Below the pieces are notes generated by a model. The model was not told the origin of the DNA. It did no database searches and was given only the letters and a program-made list of their open reading frames with translations. A DNA stretch of 64,000 nt from an uncultured cyanobacterium (lineage in GTDB: Bacteria; Cyanobacteriota; Cyanobacteriia; PCC-6307; Cyanobiaceae). This document shows, piece after piece, positions 1 to 10,111 of this stretch; position 1 is the stretch's first letter; every line of letters begins with the position of its first letter. Both the position numbers and the translations under genes were made by a program. The DNA is taken from the NCBI GenBank assembly GCA_963765575.1, contig CAVXWZ010000011.1, forward strand, positions 672,001 to 736,000, written 5' to 3'.

Positions 1-130
1 CGCAGTTCTGACAGCTGAAGTACACCATCGTGCCGCCCTTGCCAGGCTCACAACCCTCCATCTGCATCAGGGCACCGCCAGATCCCACCTGGTCGTTCTG
101 CATCGGAAAACACCAGTAGGCCTGTTCGCA
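1..130 (-). pseudogene. VOC/glyoxalase-family protein fragment, running off the left edge and lacking its N-terminus
   Basis: Manual translation GCEQAYWCFPMQNDQVGSGGALMQMEGCEPGKGGTMVYFSCQNC resembles the VOC 'W-x-FPM...GAL...VYFSC' segment; in-frame TGA near 160, possible ATG at 103. Confidence 0.45.
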
Positions 131-646
131 GCCACGTTGCCCTCTTCGGGCACAACGTCATGGCCAGCCAGCCTCTCCCCCGCTGTGGCAACTGTCCAGT
201 CAAGGGCTCTCAGCAATGGGGTAACACGGCACAACCTGGAAACATTGAGCAGTCCGAATGCATGGCGCAACCCCGAGGCAGCACGTGGACGCTGCACCGA
301 GGTTGGCAGGGGCGGGAGAGTTGGATAGTGCCTTTCACTTGCAGAAATGTAGAGATCATGCCACCAGCAACCTTGCTGATCCAGGCATCAATGGTCAAGT
401 GGCAGGTCTCGTCGGCTGCATTCTCGGCCCAGAAACATGCTATGGGCGGCGTTGTGCGCCTCACTTTTTCGGTGGAGGATGGCACTGTGAATAGCTTCAC
501 CACCGACAGCAAGGGCAACAATTCGAACCAGCACAGCACATCCTGGGGCAGTCGAAATTAGGCACCCGGTGCCGATCCCTCGCTCTGCTCCCCTGTGGCC
601 GGTGGCCTGGAACACATCTTGCTGGGCCGTTGCCGCCTGAAGATCG

Positions 647-1936
647 GTGGGCGTGACGCTCCCACCTTCCCTCAAGCCAGCCAGCCGGCTGGCACGCAAG
701 CTCGGCACCGTGGATGCGGTGATCATCGGCCTCGGGGCGATGGTCGGCGCCGGCATCTTTGCGGTGATCGGTCCGGCTGTGGCGATCGCCGGCAGTGGCG
801 CCCTGCTGGCGCTGCTGCTGGCGGCCGCCGTGGCCTACTGCAACGCCACCTCATCGGCCCAGCTGGCGGCGCTCCACCCCGAGTCGGGCGGGGCCTACGT
901 CTACGGGCGCCGGCGCTTGGGCCCCTTCTGGGGGTATCTGGCCGGCTGGGGATTCGTGGTGGGCAAGCTCGCCAGTTGCACGGCCATGGCCCTCACCTTC
1001 GCCAGTTACGCCGCGCCCACGCTGATGCGGCCGCTGGCCGTGGCCGCCGTGCTCCTGCTCACCGCGGTCAACACGTTCGGTGTGCAGAAAACGGCCCAGC
1101 TCACGCGGCTGATCGTGGCCGTGGTGTTGCTGGCCCTGGCTGCCGTGATCCTGGCGGTGCTGCTGGGGGGAGAGGCCTCCTTCGCTCGCCTCACGGCCGA
1201 GCTGACCTGGCGGCCCCAGGCCATCCTGCAGGCGGCCGGTCTGTGGTTTTTCGCCTTCTCGGGCTATGCCCGGCTGGCCACGCTGGGCGAAGAGGTGGTT
1301 GATCCCCGCCGCACCATTCCCCGTGCCATACCCCTGGCCCTGACGATCACGCTGCTGCTCTACCTCAGCGTGGCGTTGTCTGCCCTGCTGGCCGTGGATG
1401 CCGCCGAGCTGGGCCGGGCAGCGGCACCCCTGGTGACGGCGGTGCAGGCGGGCCGTTTCGCTTCCTGGAGTCCCATCGTGCGCATCGGCGCCGCGGTGGC
1501 CTCCCTCGGGGTGCTGCTCTCGCTGATCGCGGGCGTCAGCCGCACCACCTTCGCGATGGCGGCCAACCGCGACCTGCCCCATCTGTTCGCCAGCGTGCAT
1601 CCCCACTACCAGGTGCCGCAGCGGGCCGAGCTGGCCGTGGGCCTGATCGTGGCCGGCCTGGTGTGGCTGAGTGACCTGCGCTCGGCCATCGGCTTCAGCG
1701 CCTTCACCGTGCTGCTCTATTACGCCATCACCAATGCCGCCGCCCTACGGCTGGCGCCCCAGGAGCGCCGCTGGCCGCGCGCCCTGGCCGTGGCCGGCCT
1801 TTTCGGTTGCATCGTGCTCGCCTTCAGCCTGCCCCTGGCCGCGGTGCTGGGGGGCGTGCTGGTGGTGCTGATCGGCAGCGCCCTCTACGGCGGTCGCCGG
1901 CTGCTCGGCGCAGCAGCGACGACGCCCGGCCCCTGA
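647..1936 (+). CDS. APC family amino acid permease
   Basis: 429 aa, ~12 hydrophobic segments, GAMVGAGIF, PESGGAYVY and FAFSGY motifs. Confidence 0.9.
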   Translation: MGVTLPPSLKPASRLARKLGTVDAVIIGLGAMVGAGIFAVIGPAVAIAGSGALLALLLAAAVAYCNATSSAQLAALHPESGGAYVYGRRRLGPFWGYLAGWGFVVGKLASCTAMALTFASYAAPTLMRPLAVAAVLLLTAVNTFGVQKTAQLTRLIVAVVLLALAAVILAVLLGGEASFARLTAELTWRPQAILQAAGLWFFAFSGYARLATLGEEVVDPRRTIPRAIPLALTITLLLYLSVALSALLAVDAAELGRAAAPLVTAVQAGRFASWSPIVRIGAAVASLGVLLSLIAGVSRTTFAMAANRDLPHLFASVHPHYQVPQRAELAVGLIVAGLVWLSDLRSAIGFSAFTVLLYYAITNAAALRLAPQERRWPRALAVAGLFGCIVLAFSLPLAAVLGGVLVVLIGSALYGGRRLLGAAATTPGP

Positions 1937-2000
1937 GACCGCGGCAGGGGCCAGGCCGGATCGTGGCGGGCCTGGACCAGGTCAGGATGGCCGTGATCAA

Positions 2001-2966
2001 TTGCCGGGGGACTGGGTGAGGCAGCAGAACAGCCGTCTCGACCTGCGCCCGGCGGCGTTGCCGCTGGCGGCCTATGTGCTGCTGCGGGGCCTCAACACGC
2101 CGGTGCTCAAGCAGCTGCAGCAGCTCGGCCTGGAGCACCAGGTGAACGGCGAGAACCCGATCAGCTTCTGCAATGTGTTCTTCTTCGCCCAGCTGGTGGT
2201 GGGCTTGGCGGCCTTGCTGGTGGGCCGGCGCACGCTGCCCTCCGCCCTGTCCACCATCGGCCCCCAGCAGCGTTGGCTGTTGGCGGCCGACACTCTGCTG
2301 GGGCGCCTGCTCGCTCCGGTGGCCACCTTCAGCGCTCTGGAGTCGCTCTCGGTGATCACCCAGACCCTGCTGTTCGCCCTGGTGCTGCCGGTCTCGGCGC
2401 TGCTGGCCTGGGCCCTGCTGCGCGAACCCCTGCCCCGCGCCTTCCTGCCCAGCCTGGCGCTGATCACCACCGGCCTGCTGTTGCCCCAGCTGGTGCCGAT
2501 GGCCACAGCCGCGCCGATGAGCGATCTGCCCGGCGTGCTCTGGGCCCTGGTGGCCGTGCTGGCCTTCAGCGGCGCGGCCCTCACCGGCCGTCTGCTCGCC
2601 GCCGGCGGCAGCCCCCCGGTGCTCAGCGTCGGCGTGGGCTCGCTGGTTTCGGCGCTGGTGTTTGCCGTGCTGGCACTGTTGCTCTACGGCCCCGACCACT
2701 TCCTGCTGCTGCGCCTCTGGTGGGTGGTGGGGGTGATCCTGATCTATGCCCTGTGCCTGTCGCTGGGGAGCGAGCTGGCCCTGCGCTCGGCCTACCGCCA
2801 TGCCCCGGTGGCCAGCGTGGCGCTGTGGGGCAGCCTCTCGATCGCCGTGGCGGTGATCGGCGCCGCCGTGCTGCTCGCTGAGCCGCTCAATGCCGCCACC
2901 GTTGGTGGTGTGCTGTTGCTGCTGGCCGGGGTGGTCCTGGCCCGCCGCCAGCCTGTGGCCAGCTGA
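2001..2966 (+). CDS. DMT/EamA family transporter
   Basis: 321 aa, ~10 TM segments in two EamA-like halves, NPISFCNV motif; start uncertain. Confidence 0.8.
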   Translation: MPGDWVRQQNSRLDLRPAALPLAAYVLLRGLNTPVLKQLQQLGLEHQVNGENPISFCNVFFFAQLVVGLAALLVGRRTLPSALSTIGPQQRWLLAADTLLGRLLAPVATFSALESLSVITQTLLFALVLPVSALLAWALLREPLPRAFLPSLALITTGLLLPQLVPMATAAPMSDLPGVLWALVAVLAFSGAALTGRLLAAGGSPPVLSVGVGSLVSALVFAVLALLLYGPDHFLLLRLWWVVGVILIYALCLSLGSELALRSAYRHAPVASVALWGSLSIAVAVIGAAVLLAEPLNAATVGGVLLLLAGVVLARRQPVAS

Positions 2967-3043
2967 TCCTTTCCCAGCCAGGCTTGGTGGGCATTGCCAA
3001 AGCCCTGCTCCGCCGCCGAGTTCCCCTTCGCCATCTGCACGCC

Positions 3044-4549
3044 ATGACCCCCGCAGCCATCGCCCCGCCGGCGGAGCCCAACGGTGTGCTGATGCAGTAT
3101 TTCCATTGGTACACGCCCGCCGATGGTGGCCACTGGCGGCGGCTGCAGCAGCAGGCCGCCGACCTGGCCGCGGCCGGCATCACCGCCCTGTGGCTGCCTC
3201 CGGCCGGCAAGGGTCTCGCCGGAGGGGCCGATGTGGGCTACGGCATCTACGACCCCTACGACCTGGGCGAGTTCGACCAGAAGGGCACGGTGGCCACCAA
3301 GTACGGCACCAGGGAGGAGTACCTGGCCGCGGTGGCGGCCTGCCGTGCGGCGGGTCTGCAGGTCTATGCCGACGCGGTGTTCAACCACCTCATGGGCGGT
3401 GATGCCGAGGAGGACTTCAGTGCCACCCCCTTCGACCCGCAGAACCGCTTCCGGCCCATCGGCGACCAGCGCCCGATCCGCTCCTGGACCCACTTTCACT
3501 ATCCCGGCCGTGGCGGCGCCCACTCGCCGATGCAGTGGCACTGGTGGCATTTCGATGCCGTCGACTACAACAGCCGCGATACCGGCCTCCAGGCCGTGTG
3601 GCGAATCGAGGGCAAGGCCTTCGACGACAACGTGGATCTGGAGCGCGGCAACTACGACTATCTGATGGGCTGCGATCTCGACATCGACCATCCGGAGGTG
3701 CGCGACACCCTCAAGCACTGGGGCACCTGGATGCTGGACACGGCGCGAGTGGACGGCTTCCGCCTTGATGCCATCAAGCACATCAACGGTGGCTTCTTCT
3801 CCGATTGGATTGCCCACGTGGAGAGACACGCCGGCCGCGATCTGTTCGTGGTGGGGGAGTACTGGACCACCAATCTGGCCACCCTCAGCTGGTACGCCGG
3901 CCACACCGAGGAGCGGATTCACCTCTTCGATGCGCCGCTGCATCACAACTTCCACGTGGCCAGCCGCTTGGGCTCGGGCTACGACCTGCGCCGCCTGCTC
4001 GACGGCACCCTGATGCGCCACCTGCCCCAGCTGGCGGTAACGCTGGTGGAGAACCACGACACCCAGCCCCTGCAGGCGCTGGAATCGGTGGTGGAGCCCT
4101 GGTTCAAGCCGCTCGCCTATGCCTTCATCCTGTTGCGGCGCGAGGGCTACCCCTGCCTCTTCCTGCCCGACTACGACGGCGCCCGCTACCGCGACCGGGG
4201 CCACGACGGCCAGCACCATGATGTGGAGCTGGTGAGCCACCGCTGGATCCTCGATCGCCTGCTGGCCGCCCGCCGTGACCATGCCTACGGCGAGCAGCAC
4301 GACTACCTCGACCACCCCAACTGCATCGGCTGGGCCCGCCTCGGCACTCCCTCCCATCCCACCGCCCTGGTGGTGCTGATGAGCAACAGCGGCGAGGGCT
4401 GGAAGTGGATGGCCACCGGTCGCCCCCACACCGCCTTCCGCGACGTCACCGAGCACCGCCGCGAGCTGATCCGCACCAACGAGCACGGCTGGGCGGAGTT
4501 CCGCTGTCCGCCGGGCTCGCTGTCGGTGTGGGTGGAAACGGCGGCGTGA
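3044..4549 (+). CDS. amyA: cytoplasmic alpha-amylase (GH13)
   Basis: NGVLMQYFHWY, DVGYGIYDPYDLGEFDQKG, DGFRLDAIKHI, VGEYW and VENHDTQ conserved regions; ATG at 3044. Confidence 0.93.
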   Translation: MTPAAIAPPAEPNGVLMQYFHWYTPADGGHWRRLQQQAADLAAAGITALWLPPAGKGLAGGADVGYGIYDPYDLGEFDQKGTVATKYGTREEYLAAVAACRAAGLQVYADAVFNHLMGGDAEEDFSATPFDPQNRFRPIGDQRPIRSWTHFHYPGRGGAHSPMQWHWWHFDAVDYNSRDTGLQAVWRIEGKAFDDNVDLERGNYDYLMGCDLDIDHPEVRDTLKHWGTWMLDTARVDGFRLDAIKHINGGFFSDWIAHVERHAGRDLFVVGEYWTTNLATLSWYAGHTEERIHLFDAPLHHNFHVASRLGSGYDLRRLLDGTLMRHLPQLAVTLVENHDTQPLQALESVVEPWFKPLAYAFILLRREGYPCLFLPDYDGARYRDRGHDGQHHDVELVSHRWILDRLLAARRDHAYGEQHDYLDHPNCIGWARLGTPSHPTALVVLMSNSGEGWKWMATGRPHTAFRDVTEHRRELIRTNEHGWAEFRCPPGSLSVWVETAA

Positions 4550-5187
4550 TCCTGCTGGCCCTGGTGGGCTGGCCGCTGCTGCTCGCCGTGGTGGGGCCCG
4601 AGCCCCGCGCTCGCCTGGCGCCGCTGCCGCCACCACCGCCGGGGCGCTTCACGGTGCTGGTCGCCGACTGGGGGCTGCACACGGCGATCGTGCTGCAGCA
4701 GCCCCCGGGCTGGCGGCTCGGCCCCCCCGGCGCCGAAGCGGCTCCCTTCCTGGAACTGGCCTGGGGCGACCGCCGCTATTACGCCGGCGGCGAGCGGCGG
4801 CCCGATGCCGTGGCCGCCACCCTGTTCAGGCCCACCGATTCGGTGCTGTTCCTCGCCGCTCACCCCGATCCGCCGCGGCTGCACGGGGCCATCCGGGTGC
4901 AGGAGCGCCAGGTGGATGGCACCACACTGCGGGCCCTGCTCACGGCCCTGGAGCGCTCCCTGCGGCGCAGCCCGGACGGCGAGCGGCTGCCTCCCCTGCC
5001 CCGGCCCGCTGGCGGCGGCGGTCGCTTCTTCCCAGCCCACGGCCCCTATCTCTGGACCCGCAACTGCAACTGGTGGACCGTGCAGCGCTTGGCCGAAGCG
5101 GGCCTCGCCAGCCACCCGGCCGCCGTGCTGGTCAGTCGCCAGGTGCCGGGTCGGCTGCTGGGTTTCCGGGTTCGGCCCCAGCCCTGA
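4546..5187 (+). CDS. DUF2459-like protein
   Basis: GTGA overlap with amylase stop; N-terminal hydrophobic helix, HTAIV, LAWGDRRYY and Y-x4-NCNWWT motifs. Confidence 0.7.
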   Translation: MILLALVGWPLLLAVVGPEPRARLAPLPPPPPGRFTVLVADWGLHTAIVLQQPPGWRLGPPGAEAAPFLELAWGDRRYYAGGERRPDAVAATLFRPTDSVLFLAAHPDPPRLHGAIRVQERQVDGTTLRALLTALERSLRRSPDGERLPPLPRPAGGGGRFFPAHGPYLWTRNCNWWTVQRLAEAGLASHPAAVLVSRQVPGRLLGFRVRPQP

Positions 5188-5806
5188 GCTCCGCGGCCGC
5201 CGGCAGCAGCGCATCCACAGAGAGATCGGGGCGCCGCAGCAGGGCGAACAGGGTGCCGGCATTGCCGCGGCAGAGGCGCAGCTCGTCGTCGAGCACGGTG
5301 ATGTCCAGCCAGGCGGGGTATGGCTGTTGCACCCCGCGCAGCAGCTGCAGCCGCTGCTGCCCCAGCCGCGGTCCCAGCCAGCCGCCGCGCTGGAAGCGCA
5401 CCTGCACCCGCTGGCTGGTGATGACGCTGATGGCAGCCTCCACGGCGATGCCGGCCAGGGGGCCGAGCGGTCCGGGCAGGCGCAGCAGGTTCAGCGCCCG
5501 ACCCTGGGAGGGCACCAGCAGTTGCAGGTTTTCGATCCACGGGCCCACCGCCAGGTAGGGCAGGTTGCTGCTGCTCCAGCGCAGTTCCCACACCCCCTCC
5601 AGCAACTCCAGCGCTCCGGGGGCCGCCAGGTCGGCCGGGGTGGCGTGCTCCAGCACCCCGATCAGCTCCCGCAGCCGCTGCTCACGGCGGTTGGCGCCAC
5701 CCCGGCCGCCCTGCCGCAGCAGGGCCAGCAGCTCCTGGCGGGCCTGCCCCGGCTCGAGCGGTGGACCGGACGTCGCCTCGGTCTGGGGCGGGCTGGTTTC
5801 CGGCAT
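5132..5806 (-). CDS. PAP/fibrillin family protein
   Basis: LLEGVWELRWSS and WLDITVLDDELRLCRGNAGTLF motifs; ATG at 5806. Confidence 0.88.
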   Translation of the reverse strand: MPETSPPQTEATSGPPLEPGQARQELLALLRQGGRGGANRREQRLRELIGVLEHATPADLAAPGALELLEGVWELRWSSSNLPYLAVGPWIENLQLLVPSQGRALNLLRLPGPLGPLAGIAVEAAISVITSQRVQVRFQRGGWLGPRLGQQRLQLLRGVQQPYPAWLDITVLDDELRLCRGNAGTLFALLRRPDLSVDALLPAAAELRAGAEPGNPAADPAPGD

Positions 5807-5878
5807 CGGCCATCGCGCACACACAGGATCCATGCTGGCTCCATCCCAGCCCCGTGGCGTTCCCGCCCCCGAGCTCCG

Positions 5879-6589
5879 ATGCGTGTCCACTGGTTTCAGC
5901 ACGTGGCCTTCGAGGGCCTCGGCAGCATCGAGCCCTGGCTCCTGGGCCGCGGCCATCAGCTCAGCGTCACCCGCTTCCAGCACTGGCAGTCCCAGGGCGG
6001 CAGCGCGGAGCTGCCCGACCTCGACGCCATCGAAGGGCTGATCGCCATGGGCGGTCCGATGGGTGTCAACGACGAGGACCGCTACCCCTGGCTGGTGGAG
6101 GAAAAGCGCTGCATCCGCGCGGCCATCGAGCGGGGCCTGCCCGTGCTGGGCATTTGTCTCGGTGCCCAGCTGATCGCCAGCGCCCTCGGCGCAAGGGTCT
6201 TCCGCAACCCCGAGCCGGAGATCGGCTGGTTTGCGGTGGAGGGTCTGGGCGCCCCCAGCTCGGCCCGCTTCCGCTTTCCCCGCTCGCTGCCGGTGTTCCA
6301 CTGGCACGGTGAGACTTTCGATCTGCCCCCCGGCGCCGAGCCCCTGGCCCGCAGCGCCGCCTGCGCGCTGCAGGCGTTTCAGCTGCACGGGAGGGTGTAC
6401 GGGTTGCAGTTCCACCTGGAGATGACCCCTGAGGGCGCGCGCACCCTGGTGGAGCACTGCGGCGACGAGCTGATCGAGGCTCCGTTCGTGCAGTCCGCCT
6501 CAGCGATCCTCACGGCGCCGCCCCAGGCGTACCGCGACGCCCAGGTGGTGCTGGATCAGCTGCTCACGGCGCTGTTCCCAGCCAGTTGA
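5879..6589 (+). CDS. type 1 glutamine amidotransferase-like protein
   Basis: QHVAFEGLG, GGPMGVND, LGICLGAQL (catalytic Cys) and QFHLE motifs. Confidence 0.9.
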   Translation: MRVHWFQHVAFEGLGSIEPWLLGRGHQLSVTRFQHWQSQGGSAELPDLDAIEGLIAMGGPMGVNDEDRYPWLVEEKRCIRAAIERGLPVLGICLGAQLIASALGARVFRNPEPEIGWFAVEGLGAPSSARFRFPRSLPVFHWHGETFDLPPGAEPLARSAACALQAFQLHGRVYGLQFHLEMTPEGARTLVEHCGDELIEAPFVQSASAILTAPPQAYRDAQVVLDQLLTALFPAS

Positions 6590-7781
6590 TAAATCGCTGG
6601 ATCACCACCGAGTTGCTGATGTCCACGAAGAAGCCCGACACCAGCGGCAAGATCAGGAAGGCGCGCTCGGCTGGGCCATAGGTCTGGGTGACCGCCGACA
6701 TATTGGCCATGGCAGTGGGGGTGGCGCCCATTGAGAAGCCCCCGAAGCCGGCGCAGAGCACGGCGGCCTGATAGTCCCCACCCATCAGCCGGAAAACAAC
6801 CAGCAGGGCATAGCCGAAGGCCATCAGGAATTGGATGCCCAGGATTAGCAGCAGCGATCCTCCCAGCCCCCGCAGGGTCCAGATCTGCAGACTCATCAGC
6901 GACATCGCCAGGAACACACCGAGCGCCAAATCCGACACCACCGCCAAGGCGGAACTGTGGGCCGGCCACGGCAGCTTCACCAGCCGCGGCAAGGTGTTGG
7001 TGAGGATGATGCCGGCGAATAGGGCGCAGACAAACAGGGGCAGGTTGCGGCCCATGTAGGAGAGAGCCTGGTAGATCAGCTGTCCGAATCCCACGCACAG
7101 GTTCAACCAAAACAGGGTGGCCAGCAGCCGGAAGCTGGTGATCGGGGGTCCGGGTTGGGCCGTTTCCGCCATCGGATCTCTGAGGGGATCACGCTGCCGC
7201 TGGGGCTCCGGTGGGGGAGCGCGGCGGATGAGCAGCCGGGCAATCGGTCCGCCCATTAGCGAGGAGAGAATCAGGCCGAAGGTCGCGCTGGCCACCCCAA
7301 TCTCCAGGGCGCTGTCGATCCCGTGCAGTTCGGTGAAGCGGGGCCCCCAGGCAATGGCGGTGCCATGGCCCCCCACCAGCGACACTGATCCGCCGAGCAG
7401 ACCTACAAGTGGATCGAGCCCCAGCAGGGTCGCCATGGCCACGCCCGTGAGGTTCTGGATCACGATGTACACCACCGTGACCACCAGCAGGATCAACAGC
7501 GGCCGGCCACCACTGCGCAGGGTGCGGACGTCGGCATTGAGCCCGATACCGGCGAAGAAATAGAGCAACAGGAAATCCCGCACCGCCAGATCGAAGCCCA
7601 CCTCCAGGCCGCTCACGGCGTACACCAGCGCCACCAGAAGGCTGACCAGCAGACCACTGGCCACGGGTTCGGGAATATTGAACTCACGCAGGGCCCGCAC
7701 CCGCCTGTGCAGCAGCTTGCCGACGGCCAGCACCATGATCGCGATGTTGAAGCTGGCGAAAGCGCCGATCTGCAACTGCAT
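6564..7781 (-). CDS. gltS: sodium/glutamate symporter
   Basis: FNIPEPVASG, GGHGT and MGATPTAMANM motifs; polytopic membrane protein. Confidence 0.92.
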   Translation of the reverse strand: MQLQIGAFASFNIAIMVLAVGKLLHRRVRALREFNIPEPVASGLLVSLLVALVYAVSGLEVGFDLAVRDFLLLYFFAGIGLNADVRTLRSGGRPLLILLVVTVVYIVIQNLTGVAMATLLGLDPLVGLLGGSVSLVGGHGTAIAWGPRFTELHGIDSALEIGVASATFGLILSSLMGGPIARLLIRRAPPPEPQRQRDPLRDPMAETAQPGPPITSFRLLATLFWLNLCVGFGQLIYQALSYMGRNLPLFVCALFAGIILTNTLPRLVKLPWPAHSSALAVVSDLALGVFLAMSLMSLQIWTLRGLGGSLLLILGIQFLMAFGYALLVVFRLMGGDYQAAVLCAGFGGFSMGATPTAMANMSAVTQTYGPAERAFLILPLVSGFFVDISNSVVIQRFINWLGTAP

Positions 7782-7790
7782 CGCGGTGGC

Positions 7791-8708
7791 TCAGCCCTCG
7801 TCGCCGGCGTGGTAGCTGGAGCGTACGAGCGGGCCACCGCGCACCTGGGCAAAGCCCATCTCCCGGGCCAGCGCTGCCAGGTCGTCAAACTCCTCCGGCC
7901 GCCAATAGCGCGCCACCGGCAGGTGGGCGAGGGAGGGGCGCAGGTACTGGCCCAGGGTGAGCCGCTGGCAGCCCACCGCCCGCAGGTCGGCCAGGGTGGC
8001 GATCACCTCCGGGCGGCTCTCGCCCAGTCCCAGCATCAAGCCGCTCTTGGTGGGGATCTGCGGGGCCAGCTCCCGGGCCGCGGCCAGGAGCTCAAGGGAG
8101 CGGCGGTAGGTGGCGCCGCGGCGCACCTCCCCCTGCAGCCGCGCCACCGTTTCCAGGTTGTGGTTGAAGCACACCGGCCCTGCCGCCAGCACCGCCGCCA
8201 GGCGCTGGCGTTGGGCGGCGCGGCCGGCGGCCTCATCGCGGTGGCCCCCCCAGAAGTCGGGGGTGAGCACCTCGATCGCCACGACGGGGTCGCGCCGCCG
8301 GATCGCCGCCATGGCGGCCGTGAACAGCCCGGCGCCGTGGTCCTCCAGGTCGTCGCGGGCCACGGCGGTGAGCACCACATAACGCAGCCCCAGCACCGCC
8401 ACCGCCTCGGCCACCCGTTCGGCCTCGCCCCCGTCGAGGGCCACCGGCGCCTGGCCCTTGTCCACCTGGCAGAAGGCACAGCTGCGGGTGCAGATCGGCC
8501 CCCCTAGCAGGAAGGTGGCGGTGCCGCCGGCGTAGCACTCGGCCCGGTTGGGGCAGCGCCCCTCCTCGCAGATGGTGTGCAGGCGTTGCTGCTTCACCAC
8601 CGCCTGCACGCTCTCCAGGTCGGAGGCCTGGCCCACGGGCCGGCGCAGCCAGGGTGGCAGCCGTTCGGCTGGCGGGATGGTGCTGTAGCGCGATGGAGAC
8701 GGTGGCAT
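7791..8708 (-). CDS. lipA: lipoyl synthase
   Basis: [12 protein letters not shown], radical-[11 protein letters not shown] and VRSSYHA motifs. Confidence 0.95.
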   Translation of the reverse strand: MPPSPSRYSTIPPAERLPPWLRRPVGQASDLESVQAVVKQQRLHTICEEGRCPNRAECYAGGTATFLLGGPICTRSCAFCQVDKGQAPVALDGGEAERVAEAVAVLGLRYVVLTAVARDDLEDHGAGLFTAAMAAIRRRDPVVAIEVLTPDFWGGHRDEAAGRAAQRQRLAAVLAAGPVCFNHNLETVARLQGEVRRGATYRRSLELLAAARELAPQIPTKSGLMLGLGESRPEVIATLADLRAVGCQRLTLGQYLRPSLAHLPVARYWRPEEFDDLAALAREMGFAQVRGGPLVRSSYHAGDEG

Positions 8709-8830
8709 CAATCCGGGCGACGGGGTGATCAGGTCAGCAGCAGGCGGTCGATGAAGGGGTCCCAGCTGAGGCCAGCGGCATCGAACGGGTGGATGGGGAG
8801 TTCAGAGTCTCTGGCTATGCCATGGGCCGC

Positions 8831-9463
8831 TCATTCCACGGGTCGGCGGCCCTCGAAGGCCCGGGCCAGGGTCACCTCATCGGCGTAGTCCAGTTCGCTG
8901 CCCATCGGCAGCCCGTAGGCGATGCGGCTCACCTGGGTGAAGGGCCGCAGCAGCCGGGCCAGATAGAGGCTGGTGGTGTCACCTTCGACGCTGGGGGTGA
9001 GGGCCAGGATCACCTCCTCGATGGGCGGCTCGCCTGACGACTGCGGCTGCTCCGGGTCGGCGCCGGCCACCCGCCGCACCAGGGGCTGGATCTGCAGCAG
9101 TTCCGGCCCGACGCCGTCCATCGGCGAGATCAGCCCACCCAGCACGTGGTAGCGGCCCCGGAACTCCCGGGTGCGCTCCATCGCCAGCAGATCGCGGGAG
9201 TCGGCCACCACGCAGATCTGACCGTTGCTGCGTTCCGGATTGCGGCAGATTTCGCAGAGCGGATCAGCCGAGAGGTGGAAACAGCAGCGGCACTGGCCCA
9301 CCTGGCTGCGGGCCGCCAGCAGGGCTTCAGCAAAGCTGCGGATCTGCTCCTCAGGCTGGCGCAGCAGGTGCAGGGCCAGGCGTTGGGCCGTGCGTGGACC
9401 GATACCGGGAAGCCGCTCGAACTGATCGATCAGCCGGGCCAGTGGACGCGTGTAACCGCTCAG
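8831..9463 (-). CDS. recR: recombination mediator RecR, probable CTG start
   Basis: Frame extends upstream of the ORF-track start as (L)[29 protein letters not shown]; Cys4 zinc finger, GGLISPMDG and EGDTT Toprim motifs. Confidence 0.93.
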   Translation of the reverse strand: MSGYTRPLARLIDQFERLPGIGPRTAQRLALHLLRQPEEQIRSFAEALLAARSQVGQCRCCFHLSADPLCEICRNPERSNGQICVVADSRDLLAMERTREFRGRYHVLGGLISPMDGVGPELLQIQPLVRRVAGADPEQPQSSGEPPIEEVILALTPSVEGDTTSLYLARLLRPFTQVSRIAYGLPMGSELDYADEVTLARAFEGRRPVE

Positions 9464-9543
9464 CGCTGCGCTGCCGCTGGGGGAAATGTAGGCGCCGCGC
9501 CCAGCAGAATGGCGTCGCTGCGCCTGCCCCCGTGCCCCCCGCC

Positions 9544-10110
9544 ATGACGCCGACCCGATCGCTGCTGCCCCGGCCCCTGATCCGCAACCTGCTGGCCCTG
9601 CTGCTGGCGGTGTCGCTTGTGGGCTGCAGTGCGGCGGCGGCGGGCCTGAATGGCTACCAGAGCCCCGACGGCCGCTACGCCTTCCTCTACCCCACCGGCT
9701 GGACCCGGGTGCAGGTGAGCGGCGGCCCCCAGGTGGTGTTCCACGACCTGATCAACAGCGATGAAACCCTCAGCCTGGTGGTGTCGGAGGTGAATCCCGA
9801 CTCCGACCTGATGGACCTGGGCAGCGCCGTGGCGGTGGGCGAGCGCCTGCGCCGCAACGTGATCGCCCCGGAGGGCAGTGGTCGGGCTGCGGAACTGCTG
9901 CAGGCCGATGAGCGCCAGCAGGGCGGCCGCACCTTCTACGACCTGGAATACGCCGTGCACCTGCAGGACCGTGACCGCCATGAGCTGGCCACGGTGGTGG
10001 TGGATCGGGGCCGCCTCTACACCCTCGCCGCCAGCACCAACGAGATCCGCTGGAGCAAGGTGAAGGATCTCTTCCAGCAGGTGGTGACATCCTTCAACCT
10101 GCTGGTCTGA
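9544..10110 (+). CDS. psbP: photosystem II PsbP-like lipoprotein (CyanoP)
   Basis: Lipobox [34 protein letters not shown]; divergent from recR. Confidence 0.88.
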   Translation: MTPTRSLLPRPLIRNLLALLLAVSLVGCSAAAAGLNGYQSPDGRYAFLYPTGWTRVQVSGGPQVVFHDLINSDETLSLVVSEVNPDSDLMDLGSAVAVGERLRRNVIAPEGSGRAAELLQADERQQGGRTFYDLEYAVHLQDRDRHELATVVVDRGRLYTLAASTNEIRWSKVKDLFQQVVTSFNLLV

Positions 10111-10111
10111 G

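Noticed and set aside
160..561. 133-aa plus-strand and 109-aa minus-strand ORFs in the lower-GC left end
   Set aside because: No recognisable motifs and weak codon bias; cannot be supported as genes
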